From Candidatus Omnitrophota bacterium (lineage in GTDB: Bacteria > Omnitrophota > Gorgyraeia > Gygaellales > Profunditerraquicolaceae), in contig JAQTQQ010000001.1 of assembly GCA_028712175.1 (NCBI GenBank), positions 96,992 to 160,991 of the forward strand: a DNA stretch of 64,000 nt, read 5' to 3'. The position numbers were made by a program, and so were the translations under genes. How positions within the stretch are numbered: the first letter of the stretch is position 1; each line of letters begins with the position of its first letter. Shown here in pieces: positions 18,833-28,700 of this stretch. The notes beneath the pieces are model-generated. The model made no database searches, was not told the origin of the DNA, and was given only the letters and a program-made list of their open reading frames with translations.

Positions 18833-19984
18833 ATGCCCAGAATTAACATCCTTTACCTCATTACTAAATTGGAATTAGGGGGTGCCCAAAAGCAATTATT
18901 AAGCTTAATTGCCAATTTAGATAGAGACAGGTTCAATATTTTTTTATTTACCGCCAAAGACGGATTATTGATTGAAGAGGCTTTAAGAATAAAGGGACCA
19001 GTTTTAAAAAGATCAAAATTTCTCTGCGGACCGGTTAATTTTCTGAAAGACATTCTCGTTTTCTTTGAAATTTACGGTTTCATTAAAAAAAACAGAATCC
19101 TCATAGTCCATACTCACAGTTCTAAAGCAGGAATTGTTGGTCGTTTTGCCGCTAAAGCAGCTAATGCGGCGGTCATTATTCATACTGTTCATGGCTGGAG
19201 CTTTCATGATTATCAGCCAAGGATGGTTAAAAATTTTTATATATTCTTAGAAAAGATTTGTGCTAAGTTTAGCAATAAAATAATTGTTGTCTCAAAGCAC
19301 GATAAGGAGAAGGGGTTAAAGAACCTGGTTGGATCAGAAGGCCAGTACATTATAATCAGGTATGGAATAAATATTAAAGAATTCAAGCCCGATATTGGGC
19401 GCATTTCAGCCAGACGGGCTTTAGGGCTGAATGAAACCGACCTTGTGGCGGGAACGGTTGCTTGTTTTAAGCCTCAAAAATCACCTTTAGACTTTATTAA
19501 TATAGCGGCTGGTATTAAAAAAGATTTACCGAATATTAAATTTATCATGGTAGGGGATGGGCTGTTGCATAAGGATGCGTTGCTCCTTTTAAAAAAGCTT
19601 AATTTGGAAAGGGAGTTTATTTTAACCGGCTGGCGCCATGATGTAGCCTCGATTTTGTCAGCTTTAGATGTTTTTGTTTTGACTTCATTGTGGGAAGGTT
19701 TACCGATAGCAGTTTTGGAGGCTATGGCCGCAAGGATCCCGGTGGTTGCCACTGATACTGGAGGGATAAGAGAGGTTATCGAAAACGGCAGAACGGGTTA
19801 TTTGGTTGCACCGGCCGATAAGCCCGCCTTGCAAAACCGGATAAAAGAATTGCTTAGCAATAAAGCCAGACGGGATGAATTTATAAAGCTGGCGGAAAAA
19901 AGGGTCAATGCCGAAGAATTTTTGATAAGTAAGATGGCCAAAGATACTCAAGAATTATACCTTAATTTAAGTGGAGGGGCTTAA
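18833..19984 (+). CDS. GT4 family glycosyltransferase
   Basis: GT-B retaining-transferase C-terminal motif 'EGLPIAVLEAMAARIPVVATDTGG'. Confidence 0.75.
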   Translation: MPRINILYLITKLELGGAQKQLLSLIANLDRDRFNIFLFTAKDGLLIEEALRIKGPVLKRSKFLCGPVNFLKDILVFFEIYGFIKKNRILIVHTHSSKAGIVGRFAAKAANAAVIIHTVHGWSFHDYQPRMVKNFYIFLEKICAKFSNKIIVVSKHDKEKGLKNLVGSEGQYIIIRYGINIKEFKPDIGRISARRALGLNETDLVAGTVACFKPQKSPLDFINIAAGIKKDLPNIKFIMVGDGLLHKDALLLLKKLNLEREFILTGWRHDVASILSALDVFVLTSLWEGLPIAVLEAMAARIPVVATDTGGIREVIENGRTGYLVAPADKPALQNRIKELLSNKARRDEFIKLAEKRVNAEEFLISKMAKDTQELYLNLSGGA

Positions 19985-19986
19985 AC

Positions 19987-20970
19987 ATGCTTAAATATGG
20001 AATTGTTTTTACCGCCGCTTTGATCTTTGGCATAGTTTTTACATTCTTATTGGCAAGGTATTCTTTAAAACATAAGATACTTAAAATCGAGTCTATTCCG
20101 TCGGTCGGAGGTTTGGGAATAGGTATGGCTTTTATTTTTTCTTTAGGTTTAGGCATATATGTATTCAATCTGGCTACAGCCAAGATGTTGGCGATAGCAG
20201 GCGCAGGCCTGCTTATGTTGGCCCTGGGGGTAATCGATGATTTAAAAGAATTATCGGTAGCGCAGAAATTCTTTGTGCAATCATGCTGCGCGGTTTTATT
20301 GATCATCTCCGGGGTAAGGACGGAAATTATGTATTTTGGTTTTTGGCCGAATGCCGTAATTACTTTCTTCTGGATATTGGGCATAACTAATGCATTTAAC
20401 CTGCTTGATATTATGGATGGTTTGGCCGCGGGGGTATCTCTTATTATAAGCAGCGCATTCCTATGGATAGGTTTATTTAACGCAGACCTGCAGGTGCAGG
20501 TTTTAAGCCTTATTCTCTGTGCTCTTAGCGCAGGTTTCCTCATTTTTAATATGCCACCGGCAAAGGTATATTTAGGTAATTCAGGCAGCCATTTTCTTGG
20601 CTTACTCATTGCTTCGCTTGCTTTGATTACGCATTATGCATCCAGTAGTAATGTATTTGCCCTGTTTAGCCCAATAATGATTGTCGGCCTGCCGGTAATG
20701 GATACAATATTGCTTATAATCTTCAGGATGATTAAAAATAAGCCCCCCTTTAATAAGAGCAGGGATCATCTTGCTTTAAAAATCGGAGCCTTGGGTTTTT
20801 CGCCGGTTAAGACAATTTTGATTATGTATTTATTAGGGGCTATTTTTGCTTCATGTGGGATTATTTTGACCCGGGTAAATAATATCTTTGGTGCAGTTAT
20901 CACCACCTCAATTTTTTTATTAAGCATAGGCATATTCTTTAGACTTGTAAAGATAGAGACAAATGGCTAA
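19987..20970 (+). CDS. polyprenyl-phosphate sugar-1-phosphate transferase (MraY/WecA family)
   Basis: 'NAFNLLDIMDGLAAG' DDxxD-type motif in an 11-TM protein. Confidence 0.8.
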   Translation: MLKYGIVFTAALIFGIVFTFLLARYSLKHKILKIESIPSVGGLGIGMAFIFSLGLGIYVFNLATAKMLAIAGAGLLMLALGVIDDLKELSVAQKFFVQSCCAVLLIISGVRTEIMYFGFWPNAVITFFWILGITNAFNLLDIMDGLAAGVSLIISSAFLWIGLFNADLQVQVLSLILCALSAGFLIFNMPPAKVYLGNSGSHFLGLLIASLALITHYASSSNVFALFSPIMIVGLPVMDTILLIIFRMIKNKPPFNKSRDHLALKIGALGFSPVKTILIMYLLGAIFASCGIILTRVNNIFGAVITTSIFLLSIGIFFRLVKIETNG

Positions 20971-22255
20971 GAAAATTATTATTTTAGGGGCCGGGCTCGC
21001 CGGCTTAAGCGCCGCCTGGCACCTTAAAAAGAAAGGGATACAAGCGACTGTCTTTGAGAAAGAAGCCATTGTCGGGGGGTTGTGCCGGACTAAGAAGGTC
21101 AATGGCTTTGTTTTTGATTATGACGGCCACCTTTTGCATTTTCAAAACAATTATGCATTGAAGTTGTCAAAGAGATTATTGAAAGGTAATTTGATCCGGC
21201 ATGAAAGAAAAGCATGGGTCAGCAATTTCGGTATTTTTAGCCGCTATCCGTTTCAGGCTAATCTTAACGCTTTACCTAAGCCGGTGGCCGAAGAGTGCTT
21301 GTGGGGTTTTGTGCGGGTATGTAATGCTAAACCCGCTATGCCCGGAGAGAATTTTCTAAAGTGGATAAATGCCACGTTCGGCCTGGGCATAGCCAAACAT
21401 TTTATGGTCCCTTATAATGAAAAATTCTGGGCAGTCCCTTTAAACCAGATGGTTTGTTCTCTGTGGGTCGAGAAATTTATTCCCCGGGTATATCTCTCTG
21501 ATATAGTTAATGGATTCCTTGAGGGCAGCTGCGATCATTTTGGTTATAATGCCTTTTTTTGGTATCCTAAAAAGGGCGGGATAATGCAGCTGCCATTGGC
21601 TTTTGAAGAAAGCATAGGAAAAATCTTTAAAAACAGCCGTATCAACCGCATAGACCTTGAAAAGAAAGAGATAACCATAAACGGGAAAGATAAAGAAAAA
21701 TACGATTCCTTAATTTTAACAATACCTTTGCCTGAATTGATTAAAATAGCCCGGCCTTTACCGCATAAAATACTGGCCTGCCTTAATAAGCTGCAATGGA
21801 ATTCTATTTATAACTTGAACCTTGGCGTAGAAGGAACCTGTCAGCCTGACAAGCACTGGGTATATTTCCCGCACAAGGAAACTGTTTTCTTTAGGGCAGG
21901 ATTCTTTCATAATTTTTCCCATGACCTTGCGCCAAAAGGGAAGAGCTCTTTATATGCGGAAGTTTCGTATTCAAGAAATAAGCCGATTAATAGAAAGAAT
22001 ATCGTAAAACATGTTTTAAGGGATTTGTATAAACTCGGAGTCATCACAAAGAAAAATAAAATATTAGTGACAGATGAAAATGACATAAAATACGGTTATC
22101 CGGTTTATAATCGTAATTATATAAGGGCAACCAGCGTAATTAAGGATTTTTTGTATTCTAACGGCGTGATTACCTGCGGCCGTTATGGTTCATGGAAATA
22201 TATGTCGATGGAAGACTCTATTCTTGATGGCAAAGAAGCAGCGGAGGTTTTTTAA
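20963..22255 (+). CDS. FAD-dependent oxidoreductase (amine-oxidase / UDP-galactopyranose-mutase-like fold)
   Basis: N-terminal dinucleotide-binding 'IIILGAGLAGLSAAWHL' plus 'GGLCRT'. 430 aa. Confidence 0.5.
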   Translation: MAKKIIILGAGLAGLSAAWHLKKKGIQATVFEKEAIVGGLCRTKKVNGFVFDYDGHLLHFQNNYALKLSKRLLKGNLIRHERKAWVSNFGIFSRYPFQANLNALPKPVAEECLWGFVRVCNAKPAMPGENFLKWINATFGLGIAKHFMVPYNEKFWAVPLNQMVCSLWVEKFIPRVYLSDIVNGFLEGSCDHFGYNAFFWYPKKGGIMQLPLAFEESIGKIFKNSRINRIDLEKKEITINGKDKEKYDSLILTIPLPELIKIARPLPHKILACLNKLQWNSIYNLNLGVEGTCQPDKHWVYFPHKETVFFRAGFFHNFSHDLAPKGKSSLYAEVSYSRNKPINRKNIVKHVLRDLYKLGVITKKNKILVTDENDIKYGYPVYNRNYIRATSVIKDFLYSNGVITCGRYGSWKYMSMEDSILDGKEAAEVF

Positions 22256-22259
22256 GGAG

Positions 22260-23036
22260 ATGCTTAAAAGAATAAAGAATATCTATTATTTTCGCCACAT
22301 CCTTTTTGATATGGCTATCAATCAATTAAAAGCTAAGTATGCCGGTTCGCGTTTTGGCATCTGGTGGGCGGTAATCGTCCCGTTGTTGCTTGCTTTAAGC
22401 ATAAATTTTGTCTTTCAGGTAATTTCTAAAATAGCAATACCGAATTACGCTTTTTTTGTATTATCCGGAATTATGCCGTGGCTTTTCTTTACCGGTGCCC
22501 TGACCGAGGTGAACAATTCATTTATAGCCAGCGCTTCCATATTAAAACAGAGTAGGTGCCCGCATGAATTTATACCACTTTCCCTTATTTTGGCCAACCT
22601 GCTTAATTTCTTAATCGGATTTATTTTTATCTTACCGCTGTTTATGGTGATTAAGCCGGCGATTTTGCTCGTGGTTGCTTATTTGTTTCTAATTATACTG
22701 CTTGAGACTTTTTTTATAATCGGATTAGGGTTAATTTTTGCGACCCTTAATGTATTTTTCAGGGATCTCTCTCATTTTCTATCTATCGGTTTTACCGTCT
22801 GGTTCTGGATTACTCCAATCTTTTATTCTTTGGATATGATCGATTTATCTTACCGTTGGGTTTGCTTTTTAAACCCGATGTCATACTTTGTTTCTTCCTA
22901 TCAAAGTATTTTATTCGAGGCAAAAGCCCCACTGCCTGCGGCTTTATGGGCTATGTTTGTTATTGCGGCCGTTTCTTGCCTGGCCGGGTATTTAATTTTT
23001 ATTAAAAATGAGCCGGAACTACTGAAAAGAATATGA
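22260..23036 (+). CDS. ABC-2 type polysaccharide export permease (Wzm/TagG-like)
   Basis: The ORF-track start (22185) overlaps the upstream gene, so I placed the start at the internal Met 22260 (the alternative is 22227). The protein has 6 TM segments, N-terminal 'RHILFDMAINQLKAKYAGSRFGIWWA', and is coupled to the Wzt-like ATPase. Confidence 0.65.
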   Translation: MLKRIKNIYYFRHILFDMAINQLKAKYAGSRFGIWWAVIVPLLLALSINFVFQVISKIAIPNYAFFVLSGIMPWLFFTGALTEVNNSFIASASILKQSRCPHEFIPLSLILANLLNFLIGFIFILPLFMVIKPAILLVVAYLFLIILLETFFIIGLGLIFATLNVFFRDLSHFLSIGFTVWFWITPIFYSLDMIDLSYRWVCFLNPMSYFVSSYQSILFEAKAPLPAALWAMFVIAAVSCLAGYLIFIKNEPELLKRI

Positions 23037-25765
23037 TCGCAATAAAATTCGACAATGTCTGGGAGAAATACCGGATTAAATTCATAAACGCAGGCAAGGT
23101 ATCATGGGAAGAGTTTTGGGCTTTAGAAGATATAAGTTTTCAGGTTGAAAGCGGGCAAGTGCTCGGGATAGTCGGCCAAAACGGGGCAGGTAAAAGCACT
23201 GTCCTAAAATTAATTGCCGGCATGCTTATCCCCGATAAGGGAAAGGTTTCTTTGACCGGCAAGGTTTCTACCCTTATGGAGCTGGGAGCAGGTTTTAATC
23301 CGGAATTGACCGGAAGAGAAAACGTTATTGTTAATTCAAAGATTTACGGATTGGATGAGAAATTACTGGATAGCCGGCTGCCCGAAATTGTAGAATTTGC
23401 CGGGTTAGGCAGGTTTATCGACGCTCCTATAAAATATTATTCGCAAGGGATGTATATGAGGCTGGCATTTGCTTTAGCCATATATGTCGAGCCGGACATC
23501 CTTCTTATTGACGATATCCTCGCCGTTGGGGATGAAGAGGCAAGGTTGCGTTGCTTAAAAAAGATATTCACCCTGAAAGAGAAAGGTAAAACCATAATTT
23601 TGGTGAGCCATGATATGGATATGATAAGAAAAATTTGCGACAGGGTCATTTTCTTAAAAAATGGAAAAGTTATCAATATAGGGGAGCCGGATAATATAAT
23701 TCCTTGTTATCTGGATAGTTTAGGAGATGCTAAAGGAATAGCATCCTTGAATAAAGGCCCGTTGCGCATGGCGTTTAATAATGGCAAGCTATCTTTTAGT
23801 TACGGCAATATTATGCTTACAAGGGGTATAAGTATTTATATGGCTGCCCTGTTAGCAGATTCTGGGCTTTGGCTCCCTTCGTTTAATCTTGAATGGGTTG
23901 TAAGAAATATGTCCGAAGATGCCCTGATTGTAGAGGGGAGAAATAAAGAAATTAATATTTCTCAATTATGGAGTTTTGATATTGGCGAAGATAATCTCCG
24001 TTGTCAGGTTAAGGTGGGCGGAAATGTTAAATCATTGCGTACAGACTTATTTTTAATCCAGGATTACATCGGCTGGTCGGATCTGTCCCGGCAGGAAAAT
24101 TTTGGCTCCTTTAATCATAAGTCAAGCTGGCAGGAGGTGCATACTAATAATGCAGAGCTTGGCCTTATAGGGCTGAGGCCTGCCGAGGATAAAACTAGTC
24201 TGCCGTTTTTATTATTTGAATTTGGAGAAAACGGCCGTTTTTTTAAGCTTTTTAATACCGGTTATGAGCAGGAGGCACGGGTTATCCAAGTCCCCTTGGC
24301 AGCGGATACTTATTCCATGACGATTAATTTTTTTCCGCAAGAAGATGGATTTAGGGCATCTCTTAATCGGATTAAAGCCCAGCTGGCTTTGACTCATCAG
24401 GCAGAAGCAGAGCGCCTTCAATTAGGGCAGACAATATCTTCGGGGCGTTTACGCATTTTTTGTGATCTTGGGGGGAAAACCATCAGGATTTATTTTAAAG
24501 ACAAAGAGATAACTTACGGTAACGGTCTACATGCGGTGTTTGATACCGCAGAAGGGCAATTTATTTTTAAAAATAGCCAATGGCAGGTAGATAAAATATC
24601 CGATAATGAAATGATCCTAAATTTAAATTGTCACATTTTATCGCTCTCTCAGGTTTGGTTGTTGCGGTGCAATAACGAGAATTCATTAAATATACAGGTA
24701 AAGGTAAGAAGCGATAAAGAAATTTTTTTGAGAGAACAGTTTTTGAAATTGGAGCTGGAGGATAAATATGAAAGCTGGCGGACTCCTTATGAAGAGGGGG
24801 TATTTTTAATTGAAAGGTATATTGATGGTATTGCGCCGATAAGGTTGAAAGATAGCAAAACTTGTCAGGTTATTTTGAGCCCTTCGGGAAACATTTTACC
24901 CAAATTATCCTTTAAATCATCCGGGCATAAAGATGACGGCATTTTGAGCCTTTATAAAAGTAAATCCGTCAAAGATATCTCGGTTAACCTTAATTTTTCC
25001 AGAATTATTCCTAACGGCCAAATTTCTTTGCCTGCCGGTGATTATCTTTATTTTGAAGGCGAAATTTTATTGAATAAGGATATTGTTGAGGCAGAAAAGA
25101 ATATTTTGTCAGAGCAGGTTAAAGTAAAAAGTAAAGAGCTGAAGCTGGTTTTCGACCGGGGCAGGGGCAGGATTTTTTGGGCCCAAAAAGAGCTGACCAG
25201 GGGCTTAAGCCTTTATACAAGCCTGCGCCATTCGGGGATTTGGTATGATTCTTATCAGGCCTTATGGAGTATAAATAAATCGGAAGATAGGTATTTTGAG
25301 GTTTACGGAGCCTGGCCATATATTCCGGTTTCGCAGCTTTGGCAGGTTTATATAGAAGATAATGTATTGCATTGGAAAGTGCAGTTAGATGTCCACCAGC
25401 CGGTTAATCTGGAAATAATGCAGGCAAATTTGATGCTTTCCTGCGAATACAAAAACTGGCAGGTAGCTGCCGGGCAATCCCCGAATATTTTTCCGGAAGA
25501 GTATACTCAAGATTATGATATTTTGCCTTTTCGTCTCTGGTATGGCAAGCCGGCAGAAGCCGGGCTTATCTTGATTGGTAACGGCGTGCCGCAGGTTAAA
25601 TTTTTATCGCAGACATCCGATGAGGCAATTAGGGGAATTATCGAGAACACTGACTACCTCTATCATGCCCGGCTCATGCAATATCAAAAAACCGGCACCA
25701 GTAAATTACCCGCAGGGTCGTATCCTTACTTTGACGGCATAATAAAAATCGGCAATGATAAATAA
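23033..25765 (+). CDS. Wzt/TagH-like ABC transporter ATP-binding protein with ~680-aa C-terminal extension of three repeated ~100-aa domains
   Basis: Walker A 'GQNGAGKST', signature 'YSQGMYMRLAF', Walker B 'ILLIDD' and H-loop 'VSHD'. The C-terminal extension holds three copies of a motif (.. LT.G.GL .. W..S .. Q.W ..) that also occurs at the N-terminus of the next protein. Confidence 0.75.
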   Translation: MIAIKFDNVWEKYRIKFINAGKVSWEEFWALEDISFQVESGQVLGIVGQNGAGKSTVLKLIAGMLIPDKGKVSLTGKVSTLMELGAGFNPELTGRENVIVNSKIYGLDEKLLDSRLPEIVEFAGLGRFIDAPIKYYSQGMYMRLAFALAIYVEPDILLIDDILAVGDEEARLRCLKKIFTLKEKGKTIILVSHDMDMIRKICDRVIFLKNGKVINIGEPDNIIPCYLDSLGDAKGIASLNKGPLRMAFNNGKLSFSYGNIMLTRGISIYMAALLADSGLWLPSFNLEWVVRNMSEDALIVEGRNKEINISQLWSFDIGEDNLRCQVKVGGNVKSLRTDLFLIQDYIGWSDLSRQENFGSFNHKSSWQEVHTNNAELGLIGLRPAEDKTSLPFLLFEFGENGRFFKLFNTGYEQEARVIQVPLAADTYSMTINFFPQEDGFRASLNRIKAQLALTHQAEAERLQLGQTISSGRLRIFCDLGGKTIRIYFKDKEITYGNGLHAVFDTAEGQFIFKNSQWQVDKISDNEMILNLNCHILSLSQVWLLRCNNENSLNIQVKVRSDKEIFLREQFLKLELEDKYESWRTPYEEGVFLIERYIDGIAPIRLKDSKTCQVILSPSGNILPKLSFKSSGHKDDGILSLYKSKSVKDISVNLNFSRIIPNGQISLPAGDYLYFEGEILLNKDIVEAEKNILSEQVKVKSKELKLVFDRGRGRIFWAQKELTRGLSLYTSLRHSGIWYDSYQALWSINKSEDRYFEVYGAWPYIPVSQLWQVYIEDNVLHWKVQLDVHQPVNLEIMQANLMLSCEYKNWQVAAGQSPNIFPEEYTQDYDILPFRLWYGKPAEAGLILIGNGVPQVKFLSQTSDEAIRGIIENTDYLYHARLMQYQKTGTSKLPAGSYPYFDGIIKIGNDK

Positions 25766-28700
25766 TTATTATAAATTTAAAGAACACCTGAGACGTAAAG
25801 GGCTGCTTTATGCCTTTTTAAGAGGGCTGAAATATTTTATTTTTCTCTTAAGGAGCTCTTGTAGAAAAAACAAAGTAAATTTTAATTTTATCGCCAAAGG
25901 CAAAACCAGTATTATCTGTACGGCGTCAGGTCTTAAGATTTTCTGGGGAAATAAGGAATTAACTTCCGGTATTGGGCTGCATTCGCTAGTAAATACTCTG
26001 GGCCTGTGGACGGATTCCGTTACAGCCAGCTGGCAGATTATCGAAAGAGGGCCCGATTATTTTATTCTCAAGGTTGTTTTTAAGGCTCTGCCCTTAAACC
26101 AGATCTGGAAGATTAAAATTGAAAAGCAGGAAAGGATATCGCTGGATATAGCTCTTGAGGTTGAAGAGGAATTAAATATTGATGAACTGCGCGTTATGGG
26201 TTTGGTTAGTAATAAATATAAAAGCTGGTTCTGTGATTATAAGCAGGGGGATTTTAGCCGCCTGGATGATAAATTTTCTGATGTATATTTTGGGAATTCT
26301 CCGGCCAGGCTAATCGGGGTAAGGTTTCCTTTAGGAGAACCGGGCTTTTTAAATGCTTTTAGTTTTGACTGTGACGATAAGGATTGGTTTGCCGTAATCC
26401 AAAATCCACCCTCATTTACTGACGCCCGCCTAGTCGGCGTAAGGAGAGTATATCCCGGAGAAAATATCCTGCGCCCGGGTATCTGCTATCAGATAATATC
26501 ATCCGGCCTTGATTTGTCCAAAGATGGCCAAGACTTGGATATTAAGGTAGAAAGCATAAGGCGAACTTCTTTGGCGCCTATCCTCGGCACGGAGCTTGAC
26601 AATCAAAAAAGAAAAACCAGGATTTTGCTCGTCAATTTACCCTGGCAGAAGAATGGTGTTTCAGGCGTGCGCGCAGGATCGCGCTGGCCGCACATAAAAG
26701 GCCGGCCCGAAGATAGCTATTTGCCATTTCCCTTCTTTTTAGCCTACGCTACCGCTTTATTACGTAGCCGGGATATTGAAGCAGTGATGATTGATGCTAT
26801 AGCAGAAGGCCTAAGTGAAGAAAAATTCCTGGAAATAGTTTTATCAACTAAGTTTGATTATCTGGTAACTGAAACATCGGTTCCGTCTTTTAATGATGAT
26901 CTGTGCCTCCTAGAGAAAATAGCTAAAGCAGGGGCTAATATAATTTTATGCGGTCCGAATTACGAAATATATAAACCGGAGTTTTTAAAAAACCATACTT
27001 TTATCCAATTTGTTTTATACGGTGAGTATGAATTTACGCTATTAGAGCTGGTTGAGTCATTAAGGGATAAAAAAACCCTTTCTTCGGTGGCCGGGTTGAT
27101 TTACAGAGACAATGGCTCGGTTCAGGTTAACTCAAAAAGAGAACCGTTTCCGTTGGATCTTTTGCCTTGGCCTTATAGGGAAGGCCTGCCTATGGATAAA
27201 TATCTGGATGCCCCCGGTCGAATGCCTTTGCCTAGCGTTCAGATGATCGCTTCCCGGGGATGCCCTTTTAGGTGTAAATTTTGCCTCTGGCCGCAGGTTG
27301 TCTATCAAGGGCATGATTACCGCGTAAGGAGCGTACAAGACGTTGTTAGCGAAATGCAATATTTGGTTGAGGAAAAAGGTTTTAGATCCGTCTATTTTGA
27401 TGATGATACCTTTAATATAGGTAAACAACGGATGCTGGATTTTTGCCGTCAGATTAAAGAGCGTAAATTAAATAAAGTGAAATGGGCAATAATGGCCCGG
27501 CCCGACCTTATGGATGAAGAAATACTGCAGAATATGAAGGATGCCGGTTTGTGGGCTGTTAAATATGGCGTCGAGTCAGCCGTGCAAAGTTTATTGGATA
27601 ATATAGATAAAGATATGGATTTAGAAAAAGCAAAAAGAATGATTGAGTTTTCTAAAAAAATCGGTCTTAAGGTCCATCTTACTTTTACTTTCGGCCTTCC
27701 GCAGGAAACAATGGAAACCATTCAGGAAACAATAGATTATGTTAAAAAGGCTGATCCATATTCGGCCCAGTTTTCTATCACAACACCGTTTCCCGGGACA
27801 GAATACTATAAATCCTTAGACGGCCGGGGGATGATCCTTTCTAAAGATTTCTCCGATTACGACGGCCAATTTAAAAGCGTAATTAAATTAGAGAATTTAA
27901 GCGCTGCGGAGTTAGAAAAGGGCAAAGATAAGGCAACGCAGGCCTGGCAGGATCATTTAAGGAGAAAGGACTTATGGCGCAATAACCTGATAAAGCTTTA
28001 TTCTTTGGCAAAAGAAAAAGGCTTATCTTATGCGCTAGGTAAAGGTTTGAGGTATTTTAGAAACTTTCTGTTTCCTTATCCTGCTACTGACAAAGATTGC
28101 CTGCATCCGATGAGCTATGATGATCTGATCAAGAAAGTAAACTTTGGTTTTACGGATATACTTCTTATACAGTGTCCGCCATGGGATATCTCAATGCCGC
28201 CTTTAGGGGTTGCCTACCTGTCCAGTTATTTAAAAGAACACGGATACAATGCTTCTGTATTTGACCTGAACATAGCTTTGTATAATTTAGCAGGCGATAA
28301 CGCAAAGCGGCTCTGGGAGCAAAAGAATTATGACAAGTGGATGAATACCGATTCTCTGGAAAACGCAAATAACCGGCTAAAAGACGAGGCGGGTATCCTG
28401 CTTACCAAATTATTAGCCAAAGCGGATATCGAATATATCGGCCTTTCCGTAAATCTAGCCGGAATCAGTATGGCCGCGGGGCTTATTAAGATAATAAAAT
28501 TGCAGAAACCCAGCTCTAAGATAATTCTGGGTGGATGGGGGTGTATTAATGAACACATGCGCGGCCTTTTCCCCGCCGGATTAGTCGATGTTTTTGTCGT
28601 GGGTGAAGGCGAAGCTACGCTGTTAGAGGTAATTGAAGTATTTAGGGGCCTCAAAAAAGAGAGCGATGTCCGCGGAGCAATATTTAATCACAGAATTTTA

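Noticed and set aside
22185-22259. Upstream extension of the ABC permease ORF
   Set aside because: It overlaps the preceding oxidoreductase gene by 70 nt. The internal Met at 22260 (or 22227) gives a typical Wzm N-terminus, though the exact start remains uncertain.
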